From Actinobacteria bacterium HGW-Actinobacteria-7 (GTDB lineage Bacteria > Actinomycetota > Coriobacteriia > Anaerosomatales > PHET01): a DNA stretch of 64,000 nucleotides. The stretch lies in contig PHET01000004.1 of the NCBI GenBank assembly GCA_002841275.1, positions 87,289-151,288 on the forward strand, in the 5' to 3' direction. The notes below the pieces were generated by a model that was not told where the DNA came from, searched no databases, and worked only from the letters and a program-made list of their open reading frames with translations. The position numbers and the translations under genes were made by a program. Below, piece after piece: positions 28,551 to 37,013 of this stretch. Position 1 is the first letter of the stretch, and every line of letters begins with the position of its first letter.

Positions 28551-29156
28551 CTAGACCCCCGCGACGCCCGGATCGTCGGTGACGACCGGATTGAACGTAC
28601 CCGAACCTTCGTCACCCTTGGCCTTCTTGGCCACGAAATCGAGCGTGTCCTGGGCCTTCGCGCCAGCAGAATCGAATCCACTCTTGGTCACATCGGCTGC
28701 TCTGTCAACGACGTCCTTAGCGGCGGGAACAACGTCGCCCAGCTTGTCCTTGGCGGTCTCCGCGGTCTTGGCAACCTGGTCCTTGAGCCTATCACGGGCC
28801 TCATCGATCTTCGCGCGCATCTGATCGGATGACTCGGCGACCTTCTCCTTGCCAGTCGAGTAGGCCTCAGTCGCCTTGTCCTTGCTGGTGGAGTACAGTT
28901 CTGTGGCCTTCTCCTTGCCGGTCGAATACAGCTCGGTGGCCTTCTCCTTGCCGGTCTCGATGGCCTCAGAGGCCTTCTCTACGCCGGTGTGGTAGATCTC
29001 GACGCCCTCGCCCCAATACTCCTCGGCCTTCTCGGTCAGGATCTCGCGAGTCTCCTTGCCAGAACGCGGCGCGAACAACAGGCCCAGCACGGCGCCTACA
29101 AGGCCGCCCAGCAGGAATGCCCCGAACACTGACCCCCCACGGCGATATTCATACAT
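28551..29156 (-). CDS. YtxH domain general-stress-like protein with 11-aa repeats
   Basis: FLLGGLVGAVLGLLFAPRSGKETR; TGKEKATELYS repeats. Confidence 0.85.
   Translation of the reverse strand: MYEYRRGGSVFGAFLLGGLVGAVLGLLFAPRSGKETREILTEKAEEYWGEGVEIYHTGVEKASEAIETGKEKATELYSTGKEKATELYSTSKDKATEAYSTGKEKVAESSDQMRAKIDEARDRLKDQVAKTAETAKDKLGDVVPAAKDVVDRAADVTKSGFDSAGAKAQDTLDFVAKKAKGDEGSGTFNPVVTDDPGVAGV
28835..28990 (-). repeat. 33-bp coding tandem repeat (about 4.5 imperfect copies)
   Basis: GCCTTCTCCTTGCCGGT-type units recur every 33 nt on the + strand. Confidence 0.75.
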
Positions 29157-29248
29157 AACCCAAGCACCTCCGTCATCGATGCGAATACCCTTGGTAGAGT
29201 CGCTAGGGGACCCAACGAACTCGTCAGGCCCTAACTACCTATACCCCA

Positions 29249-30196
29249 TTAGCTCCGGGCAAGTGCAGCCGCGATGACCTTTGATACCACGTCTTGGAAA
29301 GTCATGCCAGCCGCCTTGGCGGCCATTGGCAGAAGGGAAGTCTCGGTCATGCCCGGCGAGGTGTTGCACTCGAGGACCTGCGGGACGCCCGCACTGTCGA
29401 TCACCATGTCGACGCGGCTCACATCTCGGCATCCGATCAGCTGATGGACGCGCGCTGCAATGGACGCAGCGCGAGCGGCAACGTCGGCGCTGACCCTGGC
29501 CGGGACAAAGAAATCCGCTCCGTCTGCCGCCATGCGTGCGTCGAAGTCATAGAGCGCGCCCGTGGGGACGATCTCAACGGCGGGTAGCACCTCGACCTCG
29601 TCTCCGGTCCCCAGGACGGTGATTGCCAGTTCGGTCCCATCAATCCAACGCTCGACGATCGCAGCGGTGTCATACGACAGCGCGTCGAGAAGCGCCTCGG
29701 CCAGCTGTCCCGCGCTCTGCACCTTGCGCATCCCCAGCGCAGAGCCCTGCCGAGAAGGCTTCACGGCCACCGGGAACCCACCAACCGCCTCTCCCATCAG
29801 GTCGATCGCGGTGGCGGCACCCATCTCCTTGAACGCATCGGCGGTCAGTGTGACCCACGCTGGAGTGGACACGCCGTTCTCGGCGAGAAGATGCTTGGTG
29901 ACCGACTTGTCCCACGAGAGTGCGCTCGCGACGACTCCGGGACCGGTGTAGGAGATGCGGAGGAACTCGAGCAGCTCCTGGATGGTGCCGTCCTCCCCAT
30001 ACTTGCCGTGAAGGGCGATGTACGCCGCGTTGGGGCGCTCGCTTCGCAGGGTGCCCACGAGGTCAGCGGTCACGTCGAGCGCGAGCACGTAGTAGCCGGC
30101 TGCCTCAAGCGCAGCGCAGACTTGTCGGCCACTGGACAGTGATACTTCGCGCTCGAGCGAGCGCCCGCCCATCAGAACCGCGATCTTCTCTCTCAC
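29249..30196 (-). CDS. ddl: D-alanine--D-alanine ligase paralog with a divergent omega loop
   Basis: GGRSLEREVS, LHGKYGEDG, VKPSRQGSALG, SRVD and ECNTSPGMT motifs; loop reads LYDFDARM. GTG start overlaps the aminotransferase stop. Confidence 0.85.
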   Translation of the reverse strand: MREKIAVLMGGRSLEREVSLSSGRQVCAALEAAGYYVLALDVTADLVGTLRSERPNAAYIALHGKYGEDGTIQELLEFLRISYTGPGVVASALSWDKSVTKHLLAENGVSTPAWVTLTADAFKEMGAATAIDLMGEAVGGFPVAVKPSRQGSALGMRKVQSAGQLAEALLDALSYDTAAIVERWIDGTELAITVLGTGDEVEVLPAVEIVPTGALYDFDARMAADGADFFVPARVSADVAARAASIAARVHQLIGCRDVSRVDMVIDSAGVPQVLECNTSPGMTETSLLPMAAKAAGMTFQDVVSKVIAAALARS

Positions 30197-31470
30197 GCCG
30201 CTCCCTCCTCGACTTCGATAGCACCCGCGGCAATGAATGCGCGGTAGAGTTCCAGTCGGTCTTCGAGCACCTCGGCCAGCCGCCGGATCCCCTCGGCGAT
30301 CTTCTCTGGCTCGGCGTAGCAGAACGCCAGCCGCATGCAGTTGCGCCCACGACCGTCGGGGTAGAACCCGTCGCCCGGCACGAATGTGACGCCGTGCTCG
30401 ACCGCCTCGGCGAGCATGGAAGCGCAGTCGACATAGGGCGGCATCTCGACCCACACGAAGAAGCCACCATCCGGCCTGGTCCATCGCGCTTCCGGTGGGA
30501 AGTGCTCGTCGAGCGCCGCGAGCATCGCGTCACGGCGTTCCGAGTACGTCGCCGTCAGCCCCTGAAGCACGCGCCGCCACCGCGTGCCCAGGAAGTAGCG
30601 CTCGGCGGTGACCTGCGCGAAGTTGCTACCGCACAGGTCAGCGCCCTGCTTTACCAGAAGTATCTTGGCCAGTATCGGCCGAGGGGCTGTGACCCAGCCC
30701 AGTCGCAGGCCCGGCGCAAAGATCTTCGAGAACGTGCCCAGGTAGATGACCTCGTCGTCGAGTGAGCGCAGCGGCTTCATGTGTCCGCCCTCAAAACGCA
30801 GACGTCCGTACGGATCGTCCTCGACCACGGGGATGTCGTACTCGCGCGCCAGCTCGAGCAGCCTGCGCCGGCGCTCCGGTGACATCGTCACGCCAGCCGG
30901 GTTCTGGAAGTTCGGAATCGTGTAGATGAACTTCGCACCACGCGGCCCCAGACGCTTCAGCTCCTCCTCGAGCAGGTCCGTGCGCATCCCGTCGTCGTCC
31001 ATGGGGATGCAGCGGATATCGGGCTGGTATGCCGAGAAGGCCTGAAGGGCTCCCACATACGTGGGCCCCTCGGTGATGATGACATCGCCGGGATCGATGA
31101 ATGCCTTGGCGATCAGATCGAGCGCCTGCTGCGCGCCCGCGGTCACCACGACCTCGCCAGGCGAGAGGCGCACGCCAATCTCGGCCATCAGCTCGGCAAT
31201 GATGGTGCGAATCTGCTCGCGCCCTTCGCTGGAACCATACTGCAGCGCAGCGGCTCCCTCGTGCATGATCGCCTCGGACGCCGCTTGGGCGACCGCCGCA
31301 ATGGGGACCCTCGAAACCTCCGGCATGCCTCCGGACAATGAGATCATGTCGGGCATCGACGCTGCCGCGAACAGGTCTCGGACGGCGCTCGAGCGTACGC
31401 TGGCGATCCGCCTCGCGTACCGATCCCCCCACCTATCGAACACCACACGTGCGGTACCCATACCCGTCAC
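30193..31470 (-). CDS. PLP-dependent aminotransferase, class I/II (LysN/Aro8-like)
   Basis: SLSGGMP, LQYG, PNFQNPAG, EDDPY and GTFSKIFAPGLRLG motifs. Confidence 0.9.
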   Translation of the reverse strand: MTGMGTARVVFDRWGDRYARRIASVRSSAVRDLFAAASMPDMISLSGGMPEVSRVPIAAVAQAASEAIMHEGAAALQYGSSEGREQIRTIIAELMAEIGVRLSPGEVVVTAGAQQALDLIAKAFIDPGDVIITEGPTYVGALQAFSAYQPDIRCIPMDDDGMRTDLLEEELKRLGPRGAKFIYTIPNFQNPAGVTMSPERRRRLLELAREYDIPVVEDDPYGRLRFEGGHMKPLRSLDDEVIYLGTFSKIFAPGLRLGWVTAPRPILAKILLVKQGADLCGSNFAQVTAERYFLGTRWRRVLQGLTATYSERRDAMLAALDEHFPPEARWTRPDGGFFVWVEMPPYVDCASMLAEAVEHGVTFVPGDGFYPDGRGRNCMRLAFCYAEPEKIAEGIRRLAEVLEDRLELYRAFIAAGAIEVEEGAA

Positions 31471-31497
31471 CTACCCCTGGAGACGCGAAACGTCCCC

Positions 31498-31706
31498 GAG
31501 AAACAGAACAGCCCCCTCCGCCTGATAGGGCGAGGGGGCATCGCGGTACCACCTATCTTCGCTCGATCGCGCCGATCCTCTCGGCGATCTCAAGCCTCAT
31601 TCCCGGGATACCGGTCCGGGACCGACCCGCTTCCGTACGGCGTCAGCCGCCCTGGCGGGGGACATCGGAGGGGTGGCCGGGCATCGCGCCCTCTTCCCTC
31701 ACGTCC
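31498..31706 (-). ncRNA. T-box riboswitch (transcriptional) with short Stem I
   Basis: Minus strand ATAGG-TGGTACC-GCGA...TCGC-CCTAT antiterminator overlaps the terminator GCCCCCTCGCC...GGCGGAGGGGGC-TGTTCTGTTT. Stem IIA-like CCGGTATCCCGG upstream. Confidence 0.82.
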
Positions 31707-31755
31707 GTGGTGTCATATCCAGTCCTGCCAAGAAGAACCTCGCAGGTGTTGGGGC

Positions 31756-31785
31756 ACTCTATCACCGTGGAGCGCACAGGGTCAA
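31756..31785 (-). promoter_or_regulatory. Putative promoter for the T-box leader
   Basis: Minus strand TTGACC-N18-TAGAGT. Confidence 0.5.
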
Positions 31786-31877
31786 CGCTCGGCCGCCGGG
31801 CGTCAACCTCGCGTCACCATGCCTGATCATCGGGCACGGTGTATATTCCGCGCTCTGCCCACCACGATGGTGGCGAT

Positions 31878-34766
31878 CTATCGGCCGAAACGCTCCCCAA
31901 TCGCTTCAACCACCTGCGTGCTCACCATACGCTCGACGTCTGCCACGGGCAGCGCTTCGAGGAACCGTGCGCCATACCCCTTGCGAACCACCCGCGCATC
32001 GGCGATCACGAGGCAGCCCGTGTCGGTGCTGCTCCGAATCAGCCGGCCAGCGGCCTGCTTCAGTTCAAGCACCGCTTCGGGAAGAGAATAGCGATTCCAC
32101 GCGGCACGTCCTTCTCGGCGTTCTCGCTCGCACGACAACGGATCCGTGGGGCGGCCGAACGGAAGCTTGGGCACGACCACGCAGCGCAGCGTGTCGCCCT
32201 TCGCGTCGAAACCCTCCCAGAAACTCTTGAGGGCGAAGAGCGAGAGGTGCTCATCAGCCAGAAACTCGTCGCGCAGGCGCTTGGCCGACGTTCCCCTACG
32301 CTGACAGATCAGATCCAAACCCTTCGTCCGCAATCGTGGCTCCAGCAGCGCATGGAGGCGCTCCATGTCGCGGCGATTGGTGAAGAGCGTCAGCACGCTC
32401 CCACCCATAGCCACATGCACACCCTCAAGCAGCGCCTCGAGCCGGGACAGATAGCCCGCTTCTCGCGGTTCCGGCAGATCCGTTGGCACGAACACCGCCA
32501 TCTGACGTTCGAACTCGTAGCTCGATTCGAGGCGCAGCGCGCGCCACTTCGCGCGGTCCAGACGATCGAGTCCCACGCTGCGTGCGAAGTGCTCGAACGA
32601 CTCTCCTGCCGCGATGGTGGCTGAGGTGAAGACCACGCTGTGCGCCCGCGGATAGAGATCCTCTGCAAGCACTTCCCCGATATCCAACCGCTCGGCGACG
32701 AGCTTCTCGGCATTGATGCCTGCCCGACGATCGAGCGTTGCCGAGTAGACCAGCGCGTCATTCTCCCCGTCGACCACCGCCACAAGGCCCAGATGCTGAT
32801 CTGCAAGTCGGGTGAGCAGCCCGACAAGGTCAGCGCGCGGGTCGGAAGCCTCGGGACCGTACTCTTCGAGTCTAGTCACGAGTTCCCGCCCCTCAGCAAG
32901 CAGCTCCGCGAGTCGTCGCGCGAGCGAGCGCCCCGTCGATGCGACCGTGCCCCAAGGCCCGCTCTCCCGCACCTGATCGGTCAGCCAGAGCTCGGCGGCG
33001 TCGTAGTCGCTGTCCCCCGCAAGCGGCGCGAGGTCCTTCACGAACTCGAAAAGCGATTGGGCCAGCGTCGCGCAGCGCTGAGTGCCCTCCTCCATCTGCG
33101 TGATGAGCCCTAGGAGCGCCCCCGCGTGCTGGTCGCCCGCGAGCTTCTTGCGCACAGACTCGAGCAGGCCTCCACGCTTCGTATGTAGTGCGCCGAGGAC
33201 CACCGACAGCTCCAGTTGGCTCGCGCCCAGCGTGAGCTGCTTGCGTGCTTCACTCTCCGCCGAGTGCGCTTCGTCGATGATCCAGTGCCGCACCGGTGGC
33301 AGTATCCCACCCTGCGCCACGACGTCCCTGAAGAGCAGCGCGTGGTTGGTAACCACGATGTTCGAGCTAGCGGCGCGACGGCGAACCCCATGCAGGTAGC
33401 ACAGATTGGGGTAGTAGCGGCAGCGCTTGTGCGTACAGTCGGCCTGGCTCGCCTGGACCGAGGCGCGCAGCTCGCGCCGCCAATGCAGGTTGACCGCGTC
33501 GAGATCTCCCCAAGCGCTCTGCCCCACCCACGCGATCAACATCGCAATCGCCGAGATGAGCTCGGGATCAGACCCGTCGTGCAGCTCTCCTGCCGCACGT
33601 TCGAGCTTGCGCAGGCACGGATAGTGGTCGTAGCCCTTCAGTGCGACGTAGCGGAGCTCTCCTCCCAGCGCCTCGTTCAGACGCGGCAGCTCGTGGTAGA
33701 CCAGCTGGTCCATGAGCGCATTGGTCTTGGTCGCGACGCCTACCCCCACCCGATTCTCAAGTGAGAAGAGGGCCGCGGGGACCAGGTAGGCCATGGACTT
33801 GCCCACGCCCGTTCCTGCCTCGATGGCCACATGCGTGGATGTCTCGAAGGAGGCGAGCACCGCCCGCGCCATCTCGACCTGCTCGGAACGCTTCTCGAAT
33901 CCGGGGTACATGCGCCCCGCGAGGCCTCCGGTCGCGAACTCCGCTGCCACCTCCTCGGACGCCGGACACGTGCACTCGATATCATCGGCATCGCGCAGCG
34001 TCTCGCCCTTGTCGGCTGCGACCCTGCGTCTGCGCACCTCCTTCAGGTCATAGGCAGCACGCGGATGAGCCGCGGCGATCCGGGCGAGCCACGGCCGTTC
34101 AGGCCACGGAGCGCTGGGTGCAAGGCCTGCGATGCGGGAGATCAGCCCGGGCTCGAGTTCGGCCACTCCGGTCAGCGCGACGCGCCAGATGCGCGTGAGC
34201 GCCTCGACGTCGTGCGCGGCCCGATGAGCGGAGTCGGTGAGTTCCGGTGCGAACGCCGCAGCCAGATCGGTGAGTCTGTGGCTGCGCACGCGCGGTAGCC
34301 CGATTCGGGTGAAGACCAGGGAGTCGAGCCATGTCGTCGCGACGACTCCCCTCCCCGCGACAGCCTCGAGAAACCCTCTGTCGAACGCACCGTTGTGCGC
34401 AACGACCTCTCGGCCTCCCGCGAACTCAGCGAGTCTGGCGACTGCGGCCTCTGCGCAAGGAGCGCCCTGCACCGTCTGGTCATCGATACCCGTGAGTTTC
34501 GTGATCTCGGTGGGGACAGGCACCATGGGGTCCACCAGTGAGCTGAACCGCTCAAGCACCTCTGGACCTCGCATGATGGCGGCGGCCACCTCGATGATCC
34601 GATCGCGGGAAGCGTCATAGCCGGTCGTCTCGATATCGAGGACGCAGACCTCTTCCTCGAACCCGAAGGTCGCTTCTCGGGCGCGCTCGGCAAACGTCGC
34701 ATAGGCGTCGACGATATCCGGATCGGTGCCCGGAAGAATCAGCGATGAGAGGGCATCTGAGGTCAC
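31878..34766 (-). CDS. dinG: DnaQ-family exonuclease / DinG-family helicase fusion
   Basis: LDIETTG, HNGAFD, EAGTGVGKS, IDEAH and QAAGRLIR motifs; four Cys (YPC...C...C...C). Start placed at GTG 34766, downstream of a terminator and a TACGCT -10 box. Confidence 0.88.
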   Translation of the reverse strand: MTSDALSSLILPGTDPDIVDAYATFAERAREATFGFEEEVCVLDIETTGYDASRDRIIEVAAAIMRGPEVLERFSSLVDPMVPVPTEITKLTGIDDQTVQGAPCAEAAVARLAEFAGGREVVAHNGAFDRGFLEAVAGRGVVATTWLDSLVFTRIGLPRVRSHRLTDLAAAFAPELTDSAHRAAHDVEALTRIWRVALTGVAELEPGLISRIAGLAPSAPWPERPWLARIAAAHPRAAYDLKEVRRRRVAADKGETLRDADDIECTCPASEEVAAEFATGGLAGRMYPGFEKRSEQVEMARAVLASFETSTHVAIEAGTGVGKSMAYLVPAALFSLENRVGVGVATKTNALMDQLVYHELPRLNEALGGELRYVALKGYDHYPCLRKLERAAGELHDGSDPELISAIAMLIAWVGQSAWGDLDAVNLHWRRELRASVQASQADCTHKRCRYYPNLCYLHGVRRRAASSNIVVTNHALLFRDVVAQGGILPPVRHWIIDEAHSAESEARKQLTLGASQLELSVVLGALHTKRGGLLESVRKKLAGDQHAGALLGLITQMEEGTQRCATLAQSLFEFVKDLAPLAGDSDYDAAELWLTDQVRESGPWGTVASTGRSLARRLAELLAEGRELVTRLEEYGPEASDPRADLVGLLTRLADQHLGLVAVVDGENDALVYSATLDRRAGINAEKLVAERLDIGEVLAEDLYPRAHSVVFTSATIAAGESFEHFARSVGLDRLDRAKWRALRLESSYEFERQMAVFVPTDLPEPREAGYLSRLEALLEGVHVAMGGSVLTLFTNRRDMERLHALLEPRLRTKGLDLICQRRGTSAKRLRDEFLADEHLSLFALKSFWEGFDAKGDTLRCVVVPKLPFGRPTDPLSCERERREGRAAWNRYSLPEAVLELKQAAGRLIRSSTDTGCLVIADARVVRKGYGARFLEALPVADVERMVSTQVVEAIGERFGR

Positions 34767-34807
34767 GGCCGCCAGCGTATCACGCGGCTGCGACAGTTCC
34801 GGCACGC

Positions 34808-34836
34808 AAAACGGCCACCCCTGAGGGCGGCCGTTT
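34808..34836 (-). terminator. Intrinsic terminator after the 34866-35465 gene
   Basis: Minus strand AAACGGCCGCCC-TCAG-GGGTGGCCGTTTT hairpin. Confidence 0.75.
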
Positions 34837-34865
34837 GACTGACCATAGTCCGGCGTGGGCCGAAA

Positions 34866-35465
34866 TTACTTCATGCCCGTAACGGCCTTGCTCGCGACAT
34901 ACCAAGTGCCGTCCTTCTTCACGAAGGTCCACTGGTTCTCGAAAGTGCCGTAGGAGGCAGTGACCTGATCCGCAATGACGGTGGCCTTGTCCTTCTCGAT
35001 GTTGGAGCCGGCAATCGAGAAGCTCTGCACGCTGTAGCCTTCGACCTGCTGCTGCAGACCCTCGGGGGTCTGGCCCTGCTGCTTGTCGGCAGGGAGCATG
35101 CTGTAGGCCGCAGCCCAGTCGCCCTTGTCACAAGCCTCGTAGTAGGCCGTGACGAAGTCCGTCGGCGTGCCCTTGGCAACCTTGGTCGCACCCGAGACAT
35201 CGAACGCCGCAGGGTCGGGAGCAGCCTGATTGGGCGTACCCGAGTTCGTGCTCGGAGCCGTGCTCGGAGCCGCCGCGTTGGGATCGGCTGCGGGGTTGGC
35301 AGCGGGGTCCGTGGCGACAGGAGCGGAAGCCACCGGGACAGCAGGAGCGGCCGCACGGGTCTGCTGCCAGATCATCACGCCAACGATTGCCGCGAGCAGA
35401 ACGGCGATCACGGCAAGCGCGATCATGATCATCTGCTGATTGTTGTTCTGAGCCTGTTCCGACAT
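34866..35465 (-). CDS. Membrane-anchored extracytoplasmic protein, NTF2-like C-terminal domain
   Basis: TM helix, Pro/Ala linker, then FVTAYYEAC.KGDWAAAY ... FVKKDGTWYV. Confidence 0.7.
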   Translation of the reverse strand: MSEQAQNNNQQMIMIALAVIAVLLAAIVGVMIWQQTRAAAPAVPVASAPVATDPAANPAADPNAAAPSTAPSTNSGTPNQAAPDPAAFDVSGATKVAKGTPTDFVTAYYEACDKGDWAAAYSMLPADKQQGQTPEGLQQQVEGYSVQSFSIAGSNIEKDKATVIADQVTASYGTFENQWTFVKKDGTWYVASKAVTGMK

Positions 35466-35572
35466 GTGAATCCCTTCTTGATACCTTGGAAACTGAGCGC
35501 TTCCGCGCCCAGTCAGTCTACAAGCTGGTCAAGCTCGCGTACAGTTTCTTAATGTGGTGATACGATGAGCGA

Positions 35573-36244
35573 ATGACACGCCAACGGAGCCTATTCGATG
35601 TTGTGGGTCCCGTGATGATCGGGCCCAGTTCCAGCCACACGGCTGGAGCAGTACGCTTGGGAGCCCTCGCCCGCGCGGTCTTCGGATCGCAGCCAAAGCG
35701 AGCCCAGATAGCGCTGCACGGGTCGTTTGCCACCACCGGGCTGGGTCATGGAACCGACTTGGCTTTGGTCGCGGGACTCCTCGGCATGACCCCCGATGAT
35801 GTGCGGATTCCTCATGCCCTCGAAGAAGCCCTGAGTGCTGGACTATCGGTCGAGTTCACCAGCGTCGAGCTTGGAGAGGTGCACCCCAATACCGCCGAGT
35901 TCGCCCTCTTCGACGCGGCTGGAAACATGATGTGCATCCGAGGTTCGTCACTCGGGGGTGGCGAGGTTGTGGTGACCGCAATCGACGGTTTCGAGGTGAT
36001 TGCCAACGGCGAGCTGCCGCTTCTGGTGGTCGATCACACCGACCGCCCCGGCGTGATCGCAGCGGTCACGGGCATACTCGCCGACAGCGGGACCAACATC
36101 GCCGAGATGCGCGTCTCCCGGGAACGGCGTGGTGCGCGAGCCCTCATGCTTATCGAGACAGACGTCGAGGTGGATGATGTGTGCTCGGCAAGCATCGCCA
36201 AACAGCCCGGCGTTTCAAGCGTCCGCCACGTTCCCGCGGTCTGA
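35573..36244 (+). CDS. sdaAB: L-serine dehydratase, Fe-S dependent, beta subunit (with ACT domain)
   Basis: GPVMIGPSSSHTAGA, GHGTD, HPNT and S.GGG motifs; C-terminal DRPGVIA ACT domain. Confidence 0.93.
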   Translation: MTRQRSLFDVVGPVMIGPSSSHTAGAVRLGALARAVFGSQPKRAQIALHGSFATTGLGHGTDLALVAGLLGMTPDDVRIPHALEEALSAGLSVEFTSVELGEVHPNTAEFALFDAAGNMMCIRGSSLGGGEVVVTAIDGFEVIANGELPLLVVDHTDRPGVIAAVTGILADSGTNIAEMRVSRERRGARALMLIETDVEVDDVCSASIAKQPGVSSVRHVPAV

Positions 36245-36259
36245 GCCCGGCCCGTTGCT

Positions 36260-36787
36260 CTAGTCTGCGTCGTCGGCGGGGGTATGTGCGGGGGCCTGCG
36301 GCGACCAGGCGGCACTCGCAGGATCGGTGAACAGCCGCATCTCAGGCGACTCCACGAACCCGAACTTCTCGTAGAGACCCTTGCCCGCCGGGCTGTAGTG
36401 CAGGGAGACCACATCGGCCCCGTTGGCCCGAGCGTGCTTGATGGCGGCCTCGATGAGCTGATGCGCGATACCCTCGCGCCGGTGGTCCGGCGTGACATAG
36501 GCGGCCAGGATGTAGGCTTGTCGGCCGCTCAGGTTGCGAACAGTCGGAGGGACTCGCTCCCACAGGAGCCCCACACCGCCAACAGGCTCACCCTCCTTCT
36601 CGGCGATCCACGCTGCGAAGTCGCCTGCGGCACGGGCATCCGTGACGTAGCGCGCGTAGGCGGGAGCCAGTTGGGCGAGTCGCTCTTCGTCAGTCCACCC
36701 CATGTCGCGGAACATGGCGCTGCGGAACTCCACGAGAAGCGCGATGTCACCGTCAGAGGCGGGGCGGATGTCGGCTGCAGAAGTCAT
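36260..36787 (-). CDS. GNAT family N-acetyltransferase
   Basis: YVTPDHRREGIA and LYEKFGF motifs. Confidence 0.85.
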   Translation of the reverse strand: MTSAADIRPASDGDIALLVEFRSAMFRDMGWTDEERLAQLAPAYARYVTDARAAGDFAAWIAEKEGEPVGGVGLLWERVPPTVRNLSGRQAYILAAYVTPDHRREGIAHQLIEAAIKHARANGADVVSLHYSPAGKGLYEKFGFVESPEMRLFTDPASAAWSPQAPAHTPADDAD

Positions 36788-36797
36788 TGGCGACAGT

Positions 36798-37013
36798 CTA
36801 GCGTTCCAGAGGGGTTCCCGGGTGTTCCTCGTCAACTCGTGCGTCCTCACTTGGCGGACGAACGATCGCGGTCTTGACCCGGCAGCTGCTGTCCCCGCTC
36901 TTGCACATCGTGCACGAGCCGGTACATCCCACTACCTTCAGGGTGTTGCAGCGAGGGCAACGGATCTCATCGGAAGCCAGCCCACACGAGGGGCACGTCG
37001 ACAGCATCGCCAC
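36798..37013 (-). CDS. Small Cys-rich protein downstream of feoB (FeoC-like candidate)
   Basis: CPSC...CPRC...GCTGSCTMC...C; abuts the feoB stop. Confidence 0.6.
   Translation of the reverse strand: MAMLSTCPSCGLASDEIRCPRCNTLKVVGCTGSCTMCKSGDSSCRVKTAIVRPPSEDARVDEEHPGTPLER

Noticed and set aside
29185..29246. GGGTAT SigB/SigF-like -10 boxes upstream of the YtxH gene
   Set aside because: No convincing GTTT -35; too short to support.
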